Assembly (NCBI RefSeq): GCF_964204645.1
Contig: NC_134031.1
Coordinates: 19,103,910 to 19,167,909 of the forward strand
Direction of reading: 5' to 3'
Source of the DNA: Tubulanus polymorphus
Taxonomy: Eukaryota > Animalia > Nemertea
Length of the DNA: 64,000 nucleotides
Shown here: one piece after another, positions 36,021 through 47,195 of the stretch
Numbering within the stretch: the stretch's first letter is position 1
Layout of the letters: every line of letters begins with the position of its first letter
Notes under the pieces: model-generated
What the model was told of the DNA's origin: nothing
Database searches by the model: none
The model's input: the letters and a program-made list of their open reading frames with translations, nothing else
Made by a program: the position numbers and the translations under genes

Positions 36021-38507
36021 GTATATTTAATATAAACATTATTTCCTCAACTAATCGCAGTACTGTATTATTACTACTGTTCACACTATTACTACACCAC
36101 TATCCCTTCAACCTCAGTCAAACAGCTTCAAATATAACCAAGTTATTTGTTGTATTTTATTCATCTATTGTAAAATGGCTGAACTTCAACCCTTGGTGCT
36201 CTAGGTGAAGTCATAATTCTTTGGCTGAATGTTGTATGACACCAGGATTAAAGTTTAGATAACTATTCAAATAGCTTCTAATCTACGTAACTTGCTCCTG
36301 GTCTATAAAACTGGCCCCTACTCTGTAAACTCAAAAGGTTTGGCTAAGATGTCCTGGTATTGTGATAACTTTCTTACTGGTCTGTAGTTCAGAGGGATAG
36401 ATAACAGTCATAACCGGGATCATTTTTTCCCAAGAAGCAGTAAATCCTGCAAAGAGAAAACTTAGTCGATTTTTTTGGTCCTGTTAACTAGAAAAAAAAA
36501 CAAGCATTTTAGAAAATACTGAATTAATCTTTTTTTTGTATTTGTTGTAAAGGTTTCATTAGTAGCGGTAAAAATGTCAATATTTTTCCCCCAAATCTCA
36601 ATGTGTTCATTTATCAAATGCACCAATTGGACCCACAACAACAACATCTTACAACCCTCGTTTTATATACATTTTTAACTGTTACTTATTTTCTAAAAAA
36701 AAAGATTAACTGAACTTTTTTCTCACTGTGTGTTTTATATTTATTGATAGATTTTAAACAATTTAAGTCAGAAACTTCAGGATCCAGTTCCACATTTGAG
36801 AGTTCGAGTTGACTCAAAAATAGTTCCTTAAACTCTGAGTCAAATTTTTAAACCCTAGAGAGCCAACTCCAAGGAGGAGGAGCAAAATAAATATTGAAAC
36901 ATACCAATCCCCTTAGAATTAGGTTCGAAAACAAAAACAAGAATAGTAAAAAAAAATTTTACTAATAATGAGAGCATAGAGCGTTGACCTACGTAGCCAG
37001 TAGTAGGAGATAAGATACAAGATCCCCAGGCCCTGGGTTCCAGGGTCTTACAAATGCATTCCCTATTACTTATCTTACTGCTTAATAGACACCTAATACA
37101 TCCAAATTCACGATAGGCGCTCTAGGGCTAACTCTGGACTGTGGAACTGGGTTCACTATCGCAGCTGTATTAGTTTAATTCCATATTTCAAATGACCGGC
37201 GATGCAACTGAAATGATTTAGTCTTTTAATGTTGCACATATTGATATCACTGAGCAACTGATCGTAAACATGGAAAGGATATTTGGGAAACAACATTTAC
37301 GGCCCTAGAATATAATATCTAGAATTAAGGTAGAAACGGAAGCTTTTATCTAAACACTGAATTTATAATGATATTTCATCATATATTCACTTAACGCTAC
37401 ACAGTAAAATCTGGGAATTAATGCATGCAGTTCGGGTGAGTGAGAGTGATCCCTGCAGCTTATCATATCGACGGCTAGTTAGAAATCATTGACCATTATA
37501 TTAACGCTGACCCATTTCTCAGACAAGATGTCTGCCTATGTAAATCCTCGTCATGACATAATACTCATGATAACTTTTCTTAACGGGTATTAATGATTAT
37601 GTCATTGGTGGAATTGTTATGGCAGCCATCATTGTTGTTTTGCAGTAATGAGTCAATGATTTCTGACCCCTTGTAATCGATGTGATCAGTAACAGTATGG
37701 TATATATATACATGTAGATACTCAGTAGTCAATGTAGCATGAGTTTTTATTTATGAATTTTGTGGTGATTTTAGTTTTTATTTTAGTTGAATGTTTGAAG
37801 GCAGGTTTTCGAGCAGTTCTATTATTTCATCACGGCTTATTTACTGCTGCCTAGCTTCATCTGTGGTTCAATTCCTGTAAACTGTAAATCTAGTCTGGTT
37901 TTTATATCAATCAATATATGTAGAAAAGTCTTTCTCAGTTCATTTTTTTTAGTTTCATGAGTAGATTGTTGTAATTAATTGATATTTCTTCGAAAATTTC
38001 TCTTCTTACTCTTATAGTGCATTTATAGTAGCTAGCTATGTGTAGATGGTAGTAAATTTGTAAAATGTCATTTTTAATATGTGGTCCAAAAACTACCCTC
38101 CGTGCCCAGTTCTCGAGTCAACACTTAGGTTAGTAATTTTAGTAAATCATGAAATTAAGAACGAGTAAAACTAAGCTTATAAGTGTCGACTCATGAACCA
38201 ACCCCCGAAAGGTTATTCTTTCACAGTTCTAAATGAATCTATATATCATAAATTGATATATTTTCTTGTCTTTTTTTCCAGCACCGAGAACGAAGCAAAC
38301 GAGAACGACTGCAACGACAAAGCAGTAACTCCAGTCAGTGATCAGCAGACGCCGCTTGCTCCAGTCAGTGATCGGCAGACGCTGTCCGCTCCAGTCAGCG
38401 ATCGGCAGACGCCTGAACAGACGCAGCCTGACGCGGAACAGACTGTATCAGAGTCACCTCAATCAGAGAGCGGTGAAATTACTGATGAGATTCCCGGAAA
38501 TAACTAG
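15688..38507 (+). CDS. CAMTA: Calmodulin-binding transcription activator (CAMTA), about 1344 aa, 20 coding exons
   Basis: Exons 15688-15730 (inferred start [14 protein letters not shown]), 23505-23602, 25648-25851, 26401-26472, 27051-27189, 27775-27833, 28149-28341, 28491-28729, 29148-29705, 30144-30270, 30359-30493, 30572-30657, 31110-31382, 31794-32442, 32735-33062, 34317-34492, 34577-34725, 35139-35338, 35639-35719, 38282-38507, all phase-compatible. CG-1 ([50 protein letters not shown]), TIG ([21 protein letters not shown]), ankyrin ([13 protein letters not shown]) and IQ motifs. Confidence 0.95.
16491..16760. mobile_element. Tandem dimer of a Harbinger-like MITE, CAG between and flanking the copies
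   Basis: Copies 16491-16624 and 16628-16760, TIR GGGCCAGTTGCA / TGCAACCGGCCC; relatives at about 31417-31702 and 58528-58693. Confidence 0.85.
17322..17750. repeat. Compound minisatellite (17-bp TGAATGTTGACAGTCTC and 25-bp units)
   Basis: Direct inspection; explains repetitive ORFs at 17290-17689. Confidence 0.9.
18420..18745. repeat. 21-bp minisatellite GATACAGGGATAATACAGGAT
   Basis: About 15 copies; explains repetitive ORFs at 18346-18807. Confidence 0.9.
19209..19580. repeat. 60-bp minisatellite
   Basis: Unit TGTTTGGCGTCTACCACGGTGTCAGTGTTTGATGTCTAGGGTGGTATCGG-like, about 6-7 copies. Confidence 0.85.
19818..19925. mobile_element. Harbinger-like MITE with CAG TSD
   Basis: CAG|GACCCAGTTCCACAG...CTGTGGAACCGGGCC|CAG. 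Confidence 0.8.
21145..21392. mobile_element. Palindromic Penelope-like insertion B with hammerhead ribozyme (CAMTA intron)
   Basis: Inverted arms 21182-21283 and 21291-21392, 7-nt spacer, 37-nt tail 21145-21181, TSD ATTCCTAAATCA (21133-21144 and 21390-21401). Confidence 0.85.
21288..21327 (+). ncRNA. Minimal type I hammerhead ribozyme motif
   Basis: CGC-CTGATGA-T-GGCTAA-TAGTCT-TTAGCC-GAAA-CGTT-GCG. Confidence 0.78.
22323..22650. repeat. 23-bp minisatellite GGTCACTGAGTTAAGAGTCGCTA
   Basis: About 14 copies. Confidence 0.9.
22995..23292. repeat. About 29-bp degenerate minisatellite (GTGATACCACGGTACA core)
   Basis: About 10 copies. Confidence 0.8.
26605..26825. repeat. CT-rich low-complexity tract in CAMTA intron
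   Basis: Direct inspection; yields spurious Leu/Ser ORFs. Confidence 0.9.
27290..27566. mobile_element. Palindromic Penelope-like insertion C with hammerhead ribozyme (CAMTA intron)
   Basis: Inverted arms spanning 27324-27566, 34-nt tail 27290-27323, TSD TATGATTTCTTAG (27277-27289 and 27564-27576). Confidence 0.85.
27442..27483 (+). ncRNA. Minimal type I hammerhead ribozyme motif with GUC cleavage triplet
   Basis: ACAC-CTGACGA-T-GATCTC-TAGGGT-GAGATC-GAAA-CGTC-GTGT. Confidence 0.8.
33180..33710. mobile_element. Second copy of the Tc1/mariner-like non-autonomous element
   Basis: Similar to 9390-10026; ends TGGTCGGCAACTG|TA. Confidence 0.65.
33823..34220. repeat. About 100-bp tandem repeat (3 near-identical copies plus 1 diverged)
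   Basis: AACTTCCCTGATTTAATTATAAGGTATCCTCAGTGGAAGCGG... repeated. Confidence 0.9.
36781..37154. mobile_element. Harbinger-like MITE interrupted by a piggyBac-like MITE (36853-37127)
   Basis: Outer ends GATCCAGTTCCACA / TGTGGAACTGGGTTC; inner TIR CCCTAGAGAGCC / GGCGCTCTAGGG with TTAA-like flanks (TAAA, CTAA). Confidence 0.7.
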
Positions 38508-41500
38508 ATTAAAATCTAGAAAGAAAAAAACATTTGTGACCGTTGATTAAGTATGCAAGCAACCCGTAGGTAGGACGTTGCCATCAAAAGTGTATGATCT
38601 TCGTCCATGGCTAGGTAGCTATTTCAACAAAGCGTATGTACTTAATGAATCCAAATACACCAAGTTTCACTAGTATTTGGTCTTTTTTATTTGACCTGGC
38701 CGACCTGGCAAAATTCCTAATGATTCTAGGGATTTTGTCTACATCCAGCCTTTATGATGGTTATTTTTGCTGACAACCAAAATAACAAACAAGTCAAATA
38801 CATGAATAGCAAAACCTTTATTACACTCAAGACCAATAGACAGATCAATAGCTTGCAGATGTGTATGTTTGTGTTTGTCAATGAGAAGGTGAAATATTGT
38901 CATAAGGTGTCATGAACGATATAGTGTAAAGAACCTAGAAAAAGCTCTATTTTTTGTGTGCGTACTTAAAGAACGGTCAGTTTTCTACCTATGGTTTTTC
39001 CCTGTATCTGTGTAGATATAAATACATGAATAAACATATATGTGTTAATATGCAATAACTACCAAATAATATGAACAGATGATATTTTTCTCGATGAATT
39101 CAGAGACCAACGCCTCACATATATCTCTCCTGATACTTTCTGTGACGTGAATGAAGTCGTCATGCTGCTACTGTGCAACTCGCTTGGCGCGCCTTTCAAG
39201 AAACTTGTCCCGAGCATATTTCATTAGATTTTGACGTAGAAATGTCAGAGATGTGATTGTAATATATAGAAAAGGTGTTTAATAGCTGTGTAGAGAGGTT
39301 TATGAGTTGCATTACTTAACGTAGAGTTAGAATCCCTTTATTTTCGATGAAAGTCCCAGCGTCAAAGTTCCAATGTTAAACAACCAGCTCCACGCTCTAC
39401 CGCGCGCACTCACAACTACTGAGCACTTATTACATACTAGTATATATATATAGATATGCACCCTTCGCTTGATGCCTGAATACGTATCAGTCGAGAAGAA
39501 GGATCCGTTTTTACGAAATAATCGCTGCCTTTTACATATGTAAGCGGCCTTTCATTAAGTCCATGTACGTAGAGGGTCAAAAGCCTATTTCCCTATTACA
39601 TAGTGCTTGAAATCACGTAAATTGGGAAAAGTGAGTTTGAAATCGGTAAATACATCATGAATGGCCCCTTTGTCCAATATTGTGAATTTAGCCGGGGTTT
39701 TATAAGTATGAATTTTTGTCTGTCGACGGTTGTGAAACTTTTCAATATATTTCCGTTCATGAAAAACGAAATGATCCGCAGACAAAATTTTCATCAGTGA
39801 AAAGCCTCAAATTATTTCATCCGTCTTGTAAAATACGCACAGTAAACGATGATTTTCTCCGATGTATTTTGTCGTCCACAATCAATTATTGTCCGTCTGC
39901 CATACGATGATATGATATATAACGTAGCCAGGTCGATATCTGGTTCGTTTCTCTTTGTTGGCGTTATCGAAATGACTTGTTATGTATCGTACTTAAAGAA
40001 AACCGTTAGATCTTACTGCAACTATGTGTTCGTGTAAATATGATAAAAGGTGTGAGGTGATCGATCAGAATATCTAAATATTTTTCGGCTATTGTGTTTG
40101 AAAAGTGGTTGTTGTTCATTCTGTAAATTCTATTTATGATAAGCAATTATTACACGCGGGGTAGAAATATGAACGCTTTGAGGTCGATTTGTGAGTTTTG
40201 GCATTTTCAATAATTTCTAACTAAGGAACTAAATTTTTGGGACGTAGATGGAACTGAATTCGACATCAAAGTCAAATTAATTAAACTCACAAATGTTAAT
40301 ATCAGGAGCCAGTTTTATAGCTCTCAGTTTGACCATTCGGTTAAAAGATCGAAAATGAACTAACTGTTAACTCATATCGTCAATTTGAACCCTATCACTG
40401 AGGAACCAGGTTCAGTATGCTAGATGGCTGTGTATGAAAGTGTGGGCATGATGTGTCTAACACGAGGCATATTCCACAAGTTGTGGATGATTTGAATCAA
40501 ATTTTCTGAAATGATAAATTTGTAATCGGTTCCAGAGGTCAAGAGACTGAAAACTGCTGCATCTAAATTGAATTCAAAAATACTGAACTATGTCACCATA
40601 TTGTTGCCGTTTCAATAACTCAACTCAACTCGCCCACAAGTCGACCTAAGCATTTACCCCCAACAATTTATGTACTTACTGTACATAAAAGTCATATATT
40701 TGTATTCAAGTATTTTAAGGATTCGGGCATTATTCGATCAGTCTGATATTACTACTGGTGGTGACGATTAGATATTGTAATGACTGATTTTTGTTTGTGT
40801 TTCTAGTGAGAAAAAAGTGAATATATGTAACTATAAGAACTCTGTGATTCATTCGCGAAAACACGGCAGAAAATCAAGTGGTTGCCCGCCAAATACGTTG
40901 CGTAAAACATCGGCTACTTCGATGCCAAAAACTGTTCACTAGCGACAACTATTATCAATCATGTAATCAATTAGTCGATCCAAATGGACGCGACACATGA
41001 TACCAAATTAGGTGACAAGTTGATGAACGCGGAATTACTGGCGCGCTCGGCGGCCTTGTTGCCGTAACCGCGTGAAATACGCTCGGGTGTATTTGTTGCT
41101 GCGTACTTGTCGCTAGTGTGCGGCCGTTGTCAAACTACTCTCCCGAGTTGTGATGTATGGATATTAGTAACTTGTTCCTCCTCGATGATAGTGTTATTTG
41201 AGTGTAGATATAGTCTATAAACTGTAATGTTATTTATTGTACATAACTTTAAAAGAATACCAACTTTACCCTATCTCTCAATTTATCCATATCTATATAT
41301 GTATATTGTACGTTCATCCAAGTTTTTCCTCGTACGTCCCGTCTTAAAACTTCTCCAATTTTTCTAACTATAAAATACATAATCGACGTAGTATCATATA
41401 TTTATACCCGAAAGTGTAAATATCACGATGCTGCCTCCTCGTCAAATATACAGTTATCTATTTATTACATATGCAGGGATGGCGTGGAGGTTCGGTCTGG

Positions 41501-42346
41501 ATATGTGATCACTCCCGCCAAGTCGAGGGTAAGGGGTAATGTTCGCATGCATGTAATAAATCGATGACACTGCTTATATTTCTATTAATTGCCAGAATTC
41601 GTAATTGTTTTTGTTTTTCATGTTTTTAATAATTCTACGTGTATTTCTTGTATATTTTTCTCTCTCCCTGTTCTTGTTCCAAACTGTTTTTCCCGCATGC
41701 AACAGCAGCAGCAGCATCGGAACCGGCGAAATTCATGATTTTGTGATGAAGTTTTTCAATACGTTGTTTTTTTCGTAATTGTGTTTGTACATATACGATA
41801 TATCCATCCATATCTATATATTGAATTATTATTGCTATATATTCAAATTTAAATCCTCGATTTGTTGAAGAATTCGTTGTTCCATAATTCATCAACAGTC
41901 GTTATTTTACTGTATATTGTTTTGATCAGATTGATAAGAATGATTATTTATGATGCCATATTTTCATACCGAGCTTGAATTGACCCAGTTTCATGCTTGT
42001 TAAGTTGAAGATTGACCAGAAACATAAGCCGCGTCTACACTACGTTATTAAGAACGTTCCGAATTAAGCCTGCTCCAACTTAAAACTGGCATTTACACAC
42101 TGGAGATTGATTGAAACTTTCGTGAATAAAATAATTATGACCCTCCTCAGTCAGGCTTTGCTTGTAACTATGGAACTGGGTCCATGAGCTTGATTTTGAA
42201 AATTGTCTCTGGTGTTTCAAAGTTTCTGATATAATTATTTTGTGATATTAATGTGTAATGTAAATACTGTAGAGTTGATTTGATCCATTCTTCTCATTTG
42301 ATAAACTTTTCCTCATCATTGCTTATCGTATCTCACAGTTTTATAT

Positions 42347-42514
42347 GGGGTCATTCATTTATTACGTACGCATTAGGGTAGGGGGAGGGGTCAGTGCAAT
42401 TGCGTAATGTAATGCTTAATGTATATGAGAAAATGGCCGATTTTGCGTACAGAGGGGGAGGAAGGGGGTTGAAAAATTCAAATTATATGCGTACGTAATC
42501 AATGAATGATCCCT
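42347..42514. mobile_element. Tourist/Harbinger-like MITE
   Basis: TIR GGGTCATTCATTTATTACGTACGCAT / ATGCGTACGTAATCAATGAATGATCCC. Confidence 0.75.
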
Positions 42515-45500
42515 AATTGAAAGTCACTGTTTCTGTAAAGGATGATTTTCCCCATACCTGCCCGGACCAAACCCGTCAAATTAGGCACATTCACAGGTAA
42601 ATGACTCATTCACTATCAAAATGATGCTGTGGCAAGCAAGGCGAGACCAGTTACATGTAGCACGTAGAAACTTGACCTGCACTAAATTTTGAGCAGACCA
42701 AATATGGCCCTTGTCAGCCTTTGAACAGGTTGATTAGCCATGGTCTAAAATGCTTGTGTGATTGCGGCTTAGGTTTTGTTACCGATATCAAGGAAAGATT
42801 CTTCTTCAGTGGTTTGATGTCTGAATAACTGCAATCTTTTGTAGAGGTGGTCTATAATTATAGTTTCTCTAGTATCACTAGTTTTAGTGCAATCATTTCA
42901 AAAAGATACCAAAATTTCATCGTGATATCGTTGGCTTCGGTGAAATGTTCGTTTTGGAAACTTTTTGCTTCTTTGTTCGCAATTTTTGTAATAAAGGTCC
43001 TCGAAAGGTTTTTCCACGTGGAGAAATACCAGCACACAGCGTCGACACAGGTCGTCATATTTTAAAATGAATATAAATTGTATAGAATGTAGTTTAACAA
43101 TTAGCAGAGCCTATATATAAATCATAACCATATTTATCGATGAAATTTGTTATTTGAGAAAAAAGTCGTTTGTGGATCTTCTTGATGAAGCCAGAGAAAA
43201 TTTTATGTACGTACAATTCGAGGTTAGAATTTGAAAAATTTTGATCTTTCATATTTATTGAAATTTGTAGAAAGCCCTGGTGGCTATATAGCGTTGTATT
43301 AGCTGAAAATTCATGTAGCGTCGATACTGGTAAATTGTGAACTAATTCTGGGACCAGTTTCACTAAGACTGAGCTGCCGACTGTTCCTAATTTTCAGTAT
43401 TTTATAATGAGAAATACTGATTTGATTTGTTCGATGCATACAGAAATATGGAAGAAGTTACTGAGGGTCTGACTGTTGATTATTGATTAATTTGGACACT
43501 TTCTTTCATATTTCGATGAAATGTTACTGAAAAAAATTCAATTTGTTACCGATTGCACTTTTCAGAGGTTGGCAGCTCTGCAAAGAAGTTATTGAGACTA
43601 AGGCAGGTTTTGATTGAATGTATTCCGGTATAAGAATTACAAACTCTGCTGCTTCTATCACGTTTACAGATTCTGCTATTCCGGAATTAGGTAGAGCATG
43701 TTGTTCCAAGCGATATGGCACCAGCAGAGAATTCCGCAATCGGTAGAGACCAATCGAAACTTGCGTAAATTTTCATTTCCGTTGTTATATCTATTGCTTT
43801 CGTGAAAAAGCGGACCCAGAATTTAGGAAAATTGCATAAATAAAGTCTTCATTCGATACGCAACAATAATCCCGGTGAAACAGGGTTGTTCCGTCTGATG
43901 GAGCGAGACGGAAATATTTTGGCCTTTTTAGTTTGAAAGAAGTGTCTTAAAAGTTCAACTAGAGCAGAAATCAACTTATGGCAGTGCTCACTTCGGTAAC
44001 TATCAGAGACACATATCATTTCTGTTTCAGAGTGTCAGTTGCGTAGTTGTGCATTGTAAAATTGAACTGATTTAAGTGCACTTCATCGTTTAATCGACAA
44101 CAGGCCAAAAATTTGCTACCAGCCATTTATCGCAGACGCGCGAAGTAAAACTCTCTCTGCGATCGGTAAAATTTTGCTCGTTACAAGCAGAAAATCAAGA
44201 GATTATTTCAGATAACCTGGTGAATAGGATATATACCTAATAAACACGAAATATACTGTTACACAAATTCATTTGTAAATTGTAAATAATGAAGAATGAA
44301 TTTTGTGCGTTGTTGTACACTTTGAAGCCTTATCTCGTTATTATAATTATTATAGCTGTAATATCGGCTAGTGTTAGCATTTTTTATATTTTTCTCTGAC
44401 ATTTATCATTGTTGTTGTTACCGTGGTTACTACCGGGTTATCCGCCTGCCAAATTTGTTCGTCAACTCGTAGTAGTGGTATTTATTAATAGTAGTAATCA
44501 AAAATTGTAAATGATGATTATGGATATGATTTCATCATTCGAATGAGATTGTGAACTGTGTAAATGCTACTACTGTAGAATTATTTTTGAAGATCTGTTA
44601 TTAAAGAAATATTTCGAATTTTTTTCCAGTTCATCGGTATCAATGTACTATGTTATTGTAATTTTATGGATTAATTAAAAGCGATTACGTTCTAAAATGT
44701 AACTTTGCGGAGTTGAAGTGAATTCTTACGTCGACTGGATATTTGGTCTCAAATAGTAAGCATTGTTCTTGCAATTGAGAGAATCGCGAAGGAGTTTCTT
44801 TAAATCTTACTTCATTTCCTCCTTTGGCATGTGAGTTATCACTACGCTGTCACTTTATCGATGTTAATTACAATCGCTAGAATAGTTCTCAAAATATTGG
44901 TCTCCTTCAACAAAGCTTTTAAATTGATGGAATAAAATCATATTGATGATTACAATGTATGGAAGATGACAATGTCAATTAAATCTCGCATCGTTGACAC
45001 CATCTAGACCCTGAGATTTTACAAATAAAACAAGTTGATTCCATCCAATAAATATCAAAACATGTCATACCATTAGTCTTATTTGTTAAATTTTTAAATT
45101 CATCAGCTCAATTTTCTATTAATTTGATAAGAAATAATAATACATAACAAAAATATACATGGTCAGTTGTTGCCCTTTTATGAAATGTCTATCCGACATG
45201 ATTTTCATTGGAATAACTGTCCTGGTTTAAATACCCTTCAGGATCTATTCAGGGTCAAATACCCAATTCTTATACTTAATAGAGGAGCAAGAGATGACAA
45301 GGGATGCAGGAACAACAACCGATTTCAACTACAAACTTGTCCCGAAGGATATTCTTCACATCCAAACATTCAACTTAAAACACAGCTTAAATAAATGATA
45401 ACAACATGGATTTCATCTTTGATGAACGTACATGATTACTTCGTGAGTTCGTTGAAAAAATAGGTTATGGGTACAGTCAAGATAAACTTAGTTCTAAATT

Positions 45501-47195
45501 CAACAGCAAGTAAAAACAACACATAAGATAAAATATAAATCAACAAATATCTATAAATATTTGTAGAAAAGCTTTAACTATTCTAATTAAATTGCATGAG
45601 TTATTGGTATAACTTTACTTTAAAAGCATTGCTCTTTAGTAAAAAATATTGGACGGAATTTCTAGTACATAATACATGCATATTAAATCTCATTGCCACC
45701 ACAGACATATGGAAGCCTTTTAAATTATTCACCTCAAATGAAAACTATCAGGGACTTGGATCTTGGATTACACTGTTGTGTGCTTTAACGTGACTTCAGA
45801 CCCAGTTGCACAGTTGTGCGAGTTTGATTTGGCTCTGGATCCAGTGGCTTAGTTTGACTTTGAACCCAGTTCGACAGTTCTGCAGGTTGTTGGATTTTAC
45901 TCTGGACCCAGTAACATAGCTCAGTGGACTCCGGAGTAAATACATGTATCAGCAAATAGAGCCCTCACAACTGTCGGTCAATTCAGATGAATTCAACCCA
46001 GATCCAGCGGCAACTTAAACCCACATTTGTATAGAACTGGGTTCAGAAGACGTGCATTCCAATCCATCCTAGTAAAGATTACTCGCGACAAACAGATAAC
46101 TTTTGAGTTAAATAAAAACGCCCAATAATCGTCTGACCCGGTGATCAGACCTGGGAGTAATCATTTGAAATGCTTACTCCAAGATCAGACCAAGGTTAGC
46201 CACAACTATTGGATGGTCTATCAGTTTTAGAAGGAAGTTGTAAAGCAGTCAGCAGGTTTTCTAAATAACTGTTATTGCTACCATAACTAATTGCGTAAAT
46301 AGTTAATAATCAATATATCAATGATTATCTATATCAATTTTATAACCCTGAGCAACTGTGTATGTGGAGTATCTTTTTATTTAATATAAGCCTCATCTAA
46401 TAAGTGATTCATAGATTCAGTTATGCTGGTTGCATGTTTATGATAACATCTTAAAATCTTCTCAATCTTCCTACGTTTAACAAACAGCATAACAAACAAT
46501 TGATTTGAATGTGATAAGTTGATTATTCACACAGCACTGTCTCGTTAATGAGATATTTGATACCGTATTGGTTACGTTAGAAATTGTTTCATTCATCGAA
46601 TTCTAGTCTCAACTATCACTGCAAAACACTACCTGTTTTAACTAAACTTCTGACATCCATCTAGAATTCTACGCAAACCAAACGCTGCAAAAAGTACTAA
46701 CTTCTAACACTAACCAAGCTGAAGGTTATGATGCAATATTCTTAAGATGGGAAAAATATGTTCAAAATCTAGTCATGTCTATAAAACCTTTCACTCTTTC
46801 AAATATATCACAGTAAGCTTTGACTCTGAAGTGGTTATTTCGATAGTTATGATCTAAGAAAAGATGACAGGAATGTTTTTAGTAAACTCATAATAATAAT
46901 ATCGAGAACGACAACATTGGAAGAAGCGCCAATATGACAGAGGCCTTTGAAAAACAAAGTATAAAACCTAAAAGTTGCTCTATAAGTAAATAGTCATCGT
47001 ATATATGCTGCTATCATTAAAACGCTTGATATTTCAACTATAAAACGTGATGATCATCGGTGGAAAGGTTTAAGTCAAGTACTGGAATGTGCTGAATAAC
47101 GATACTATGATGTGTAAGATGAGATCATTTAACACGTAATCAATTCAATAAATCAGTTGATCGTCAGTAACTGATAAATGGTTTTGTGTTTATTA

